From an uncultured Chloroflexia bacterium (GTDB taxonomy: Bacteria > Chloroflexota > Limnocylindria > QHBO01): a DNA stretch of 64,000 bases. The notes beneath the pieces are model-generated. The model saw nothing but the letters and a program-made list of their open reading frames with translations, had not been told where the DNA came from and searched no databases. Positions 62,711-64,000 of the stretch are shown here, in pieces (positions within the stretch are counted from its first letter, which is position 1; each line of letters opens with the position of its first letter). A program made the position numbers and the translations under genes. The DNA lies in the NCBI GenBank assembly GCA_963771155.1, contig CAVYSK010000013.1:16919-80918 (forward strand), in the 5' to 3' direction.

Positions 62711-62731
62711 CGGCGGCCCTCCCCGCGGTCG

Positions 62732-63407
62732 TCACTCGGCAAGGCGGTACCCGACCCCGTACACCGTGAGCGAGGTAGCGCGGCGAGCGCGGATCCGGCT
62801 CGAGCTTGCGGCGGATGTTCTTGACGTGGGCGTCGATCGCGCGCTCGTACGCCTCGAAGGCGACGCCGTGGATCTCGTCCAGCAGCTGCGAGCGCGTGAA
62901 GACCCTCCCGGGCTGGCGGGCCATGGCCGCCAGGAGCGAGAACTCGGTGGCGGTCAGCTCCACCGGCTCGTCGCCTCGGGTGACGCGCATGCGCGGCACG
63001 TCCAGGCGCAGGTCCCCAGCCCGAAGGAGCTCGCGCTCTCCCGAACCGGCATGCCGGCGCAGGACCGCGCGCACGCGGGCCACCAGCTCGCGCGGGCTGA
63101 ACGGCTTCGTGACGTAGTCGTCCGCGCCGAGCTCGAGGCCGATGATCCGGTCGGTCTCGTCGTCGCGAGCGGTGAGCATGATGATCGGCAGCTCACCGGC
63201 ACGACGGATGGCGCGCGTCACGTCCAGCCCGTCGAGTCCCGGCAGCCCGAGATCCAGCACCACGAGGTCCGGCGCCTCGGTCCGGACCCGCATCAGCGCC
63301 TCGTCGCCGGTGCGGGCCGTCGCGACGCCGAAGCCCGCATTGGTCAGGTAGTCGGCGACGAGCCGAACGATCTTCGGCTCGTCGTCCACGATCAGGATGG
63401 ACGCCAT
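62732..63407 (-). pseudogene. OmpR-family response regulator with C-terminal frameshift (pseudogene or assembly indel)
   Basis: ATG 63407 (MASILIVDDEP, receiver domain) with a winged-helix domain. After ...RSPRYL the frame is lost near 62771. The adjacent frame reads LTVYGVGYRLAE-stop, ending at 62732, 22 nt before the HK start. Confidence 0.8.
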
Positions 63408-63435
63408 GGCTCCGCGAATCGTACGCGCCGCGCCG

Positions 63436-63852
63436 TCAGGCGCCGGCCGATGGCTGCGTCTCCTGCCCGGTATCGCGCCGATGCAGCTCGCGGTGCAGCT
63501 CCTCGATCCGCTCGGATCGGCCGCCCCAGCCACCAGGACCGCCCGGGCCACGCGGGCCGTTCCATCGGCCCCAGCCGAACGCCGCTCGCGCCAGGCCGAT
63601 GACCAGGAAGAACCCGAGTATCAGGAAGAAGATCCCGAAGAACCCGAACCCTGGGCCGAACGGTCCGTGCCAGTAGGGGCCGTACCCGTAGCCGTACCCC
63701 GGATTCACGACGACCGGGTCACCGGATGCGGCCGCCTGCTGGGCCGCCTCGGCCAGACCCGCCGTGACGCCGGCGTTGTAGACCGCCGCGCCAATGCCGA
63801 CCGCGATCGCCACGGCCAGCAGGAACGCGATGAAACGGAAGAACCCACTCAT
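63436..63852 (-). CDS. Gly/aromatic-rich membrane protein heading the two-component operon
   Basis: ATG 63852 with GAGGAG upstream. Two TM spans flank PGYGYGYGPYWHGPFGPGFGFFG. The tail is GPRGPGGPGGWGG. Confidence 0.55.
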   Translation of the reverse strand: MSGFFRFIAFLLAVAIAVGIGAAVYNAGVTAGLAEAAQQAAASGDPVVVNPGYGYGYGPYWHGPFGPGFGFFGIFFLILGFFLVIGLARAAFGWGRWNGPRGPGGPGGWGGRSERIEELHRELHRRDTGQETQPSAGA

Positions 63853-64000
63853 GTGTTCGTGCACTCCTCGTTGTGATGGCCCGCTCATCGGGCCGATGCA
63901 CGAAGCGTGGCGACCGCTTGCGCACGAATTGTGAACGGGGCATGGAAAGATGCGGCCGGGTCGCGATCTGAAGGATCGGCGCTTCATTGCTACCCTGAGC

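Overview
GC-rich, gene-dense chromosomal window with about 75 supportable protein-coding genes. By eye I found no rRNA, tRNA, CRISPR array, transposase, integrase or reverse transcriptase. Several features suggest an Actinomycetota-like host (inference only): LLM/F420-type oxidoreductases, DinB/MDMPI-type proteins, a GAAC-N4-GTTC LexA-type box, and TANNNT -10 boxes that abut start codons. Many long Arg/Pro/Gly-rich ORFs in the track are out-of-frame or antisense shadows of real genes and are rejected. Main blocks: (1) 1-6 kb, flavoprotein/LLM oxidoreductases plus an orphan Tat-signal Rieske protein. (2) 6-14.3 kb, a teichoic-acid-like polyol-phosphate polymer locus with three TagF-family transferases, a TarI/IspD-like cytidylyltransferase, an SDR, TagG/TagH-like exporter genes and a coupled patatin gene. 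(3) 14.3-20 kb, MFS, phosphofructokinase, a kinase-like ATPase and a DmpA peptidase. (4) 20.5-29.5 kb, two divergent tightly packed operons under an XRE-cupin regulator: bicupin, SDR, shikimate-kinase-like and thioesterase genes on one side, and M24 hydrolase, TPP E1 alpha/beta without E2/E3, a HIBADH-like dehydrogenase and an amidohydrolase on the other. (5) 29.5-48 kb, msrA, a metzincin, an SOS-box-preceded radical SAM SplB-like gene, MFS/ArsR, nagA plus a Vgb-like lipoprotein, a methyltransferase, a large secreted caspase-fold-like protein, pyk, asparaginase and a DrrAB-like ABC pair. (6) 48-64 kb, small redox/detox genes, a HipA-like kinase + DUF3037 pair, a cupin-adenylate cyclase, a TetR unit, an aminotransferase and an OmpR/HK two-component operon. 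The main unexplained signal is a 267-nt, heavily self-complementary intergenic element present twice (17780-18046 and 38962-39228). The copies differ at 2 positions, lie in the same orientation 21,182 nt apart, and have no associated mobility gene. It is a candidate novel ncRNA or non-autonomous mobile element. A second window-wide observation is at least eight single-nucleotide frame disruptions in otherwise well-conserved genes, three of them in the two-component operon. This fits assembly indels or local gene decay and needs read-level checking.
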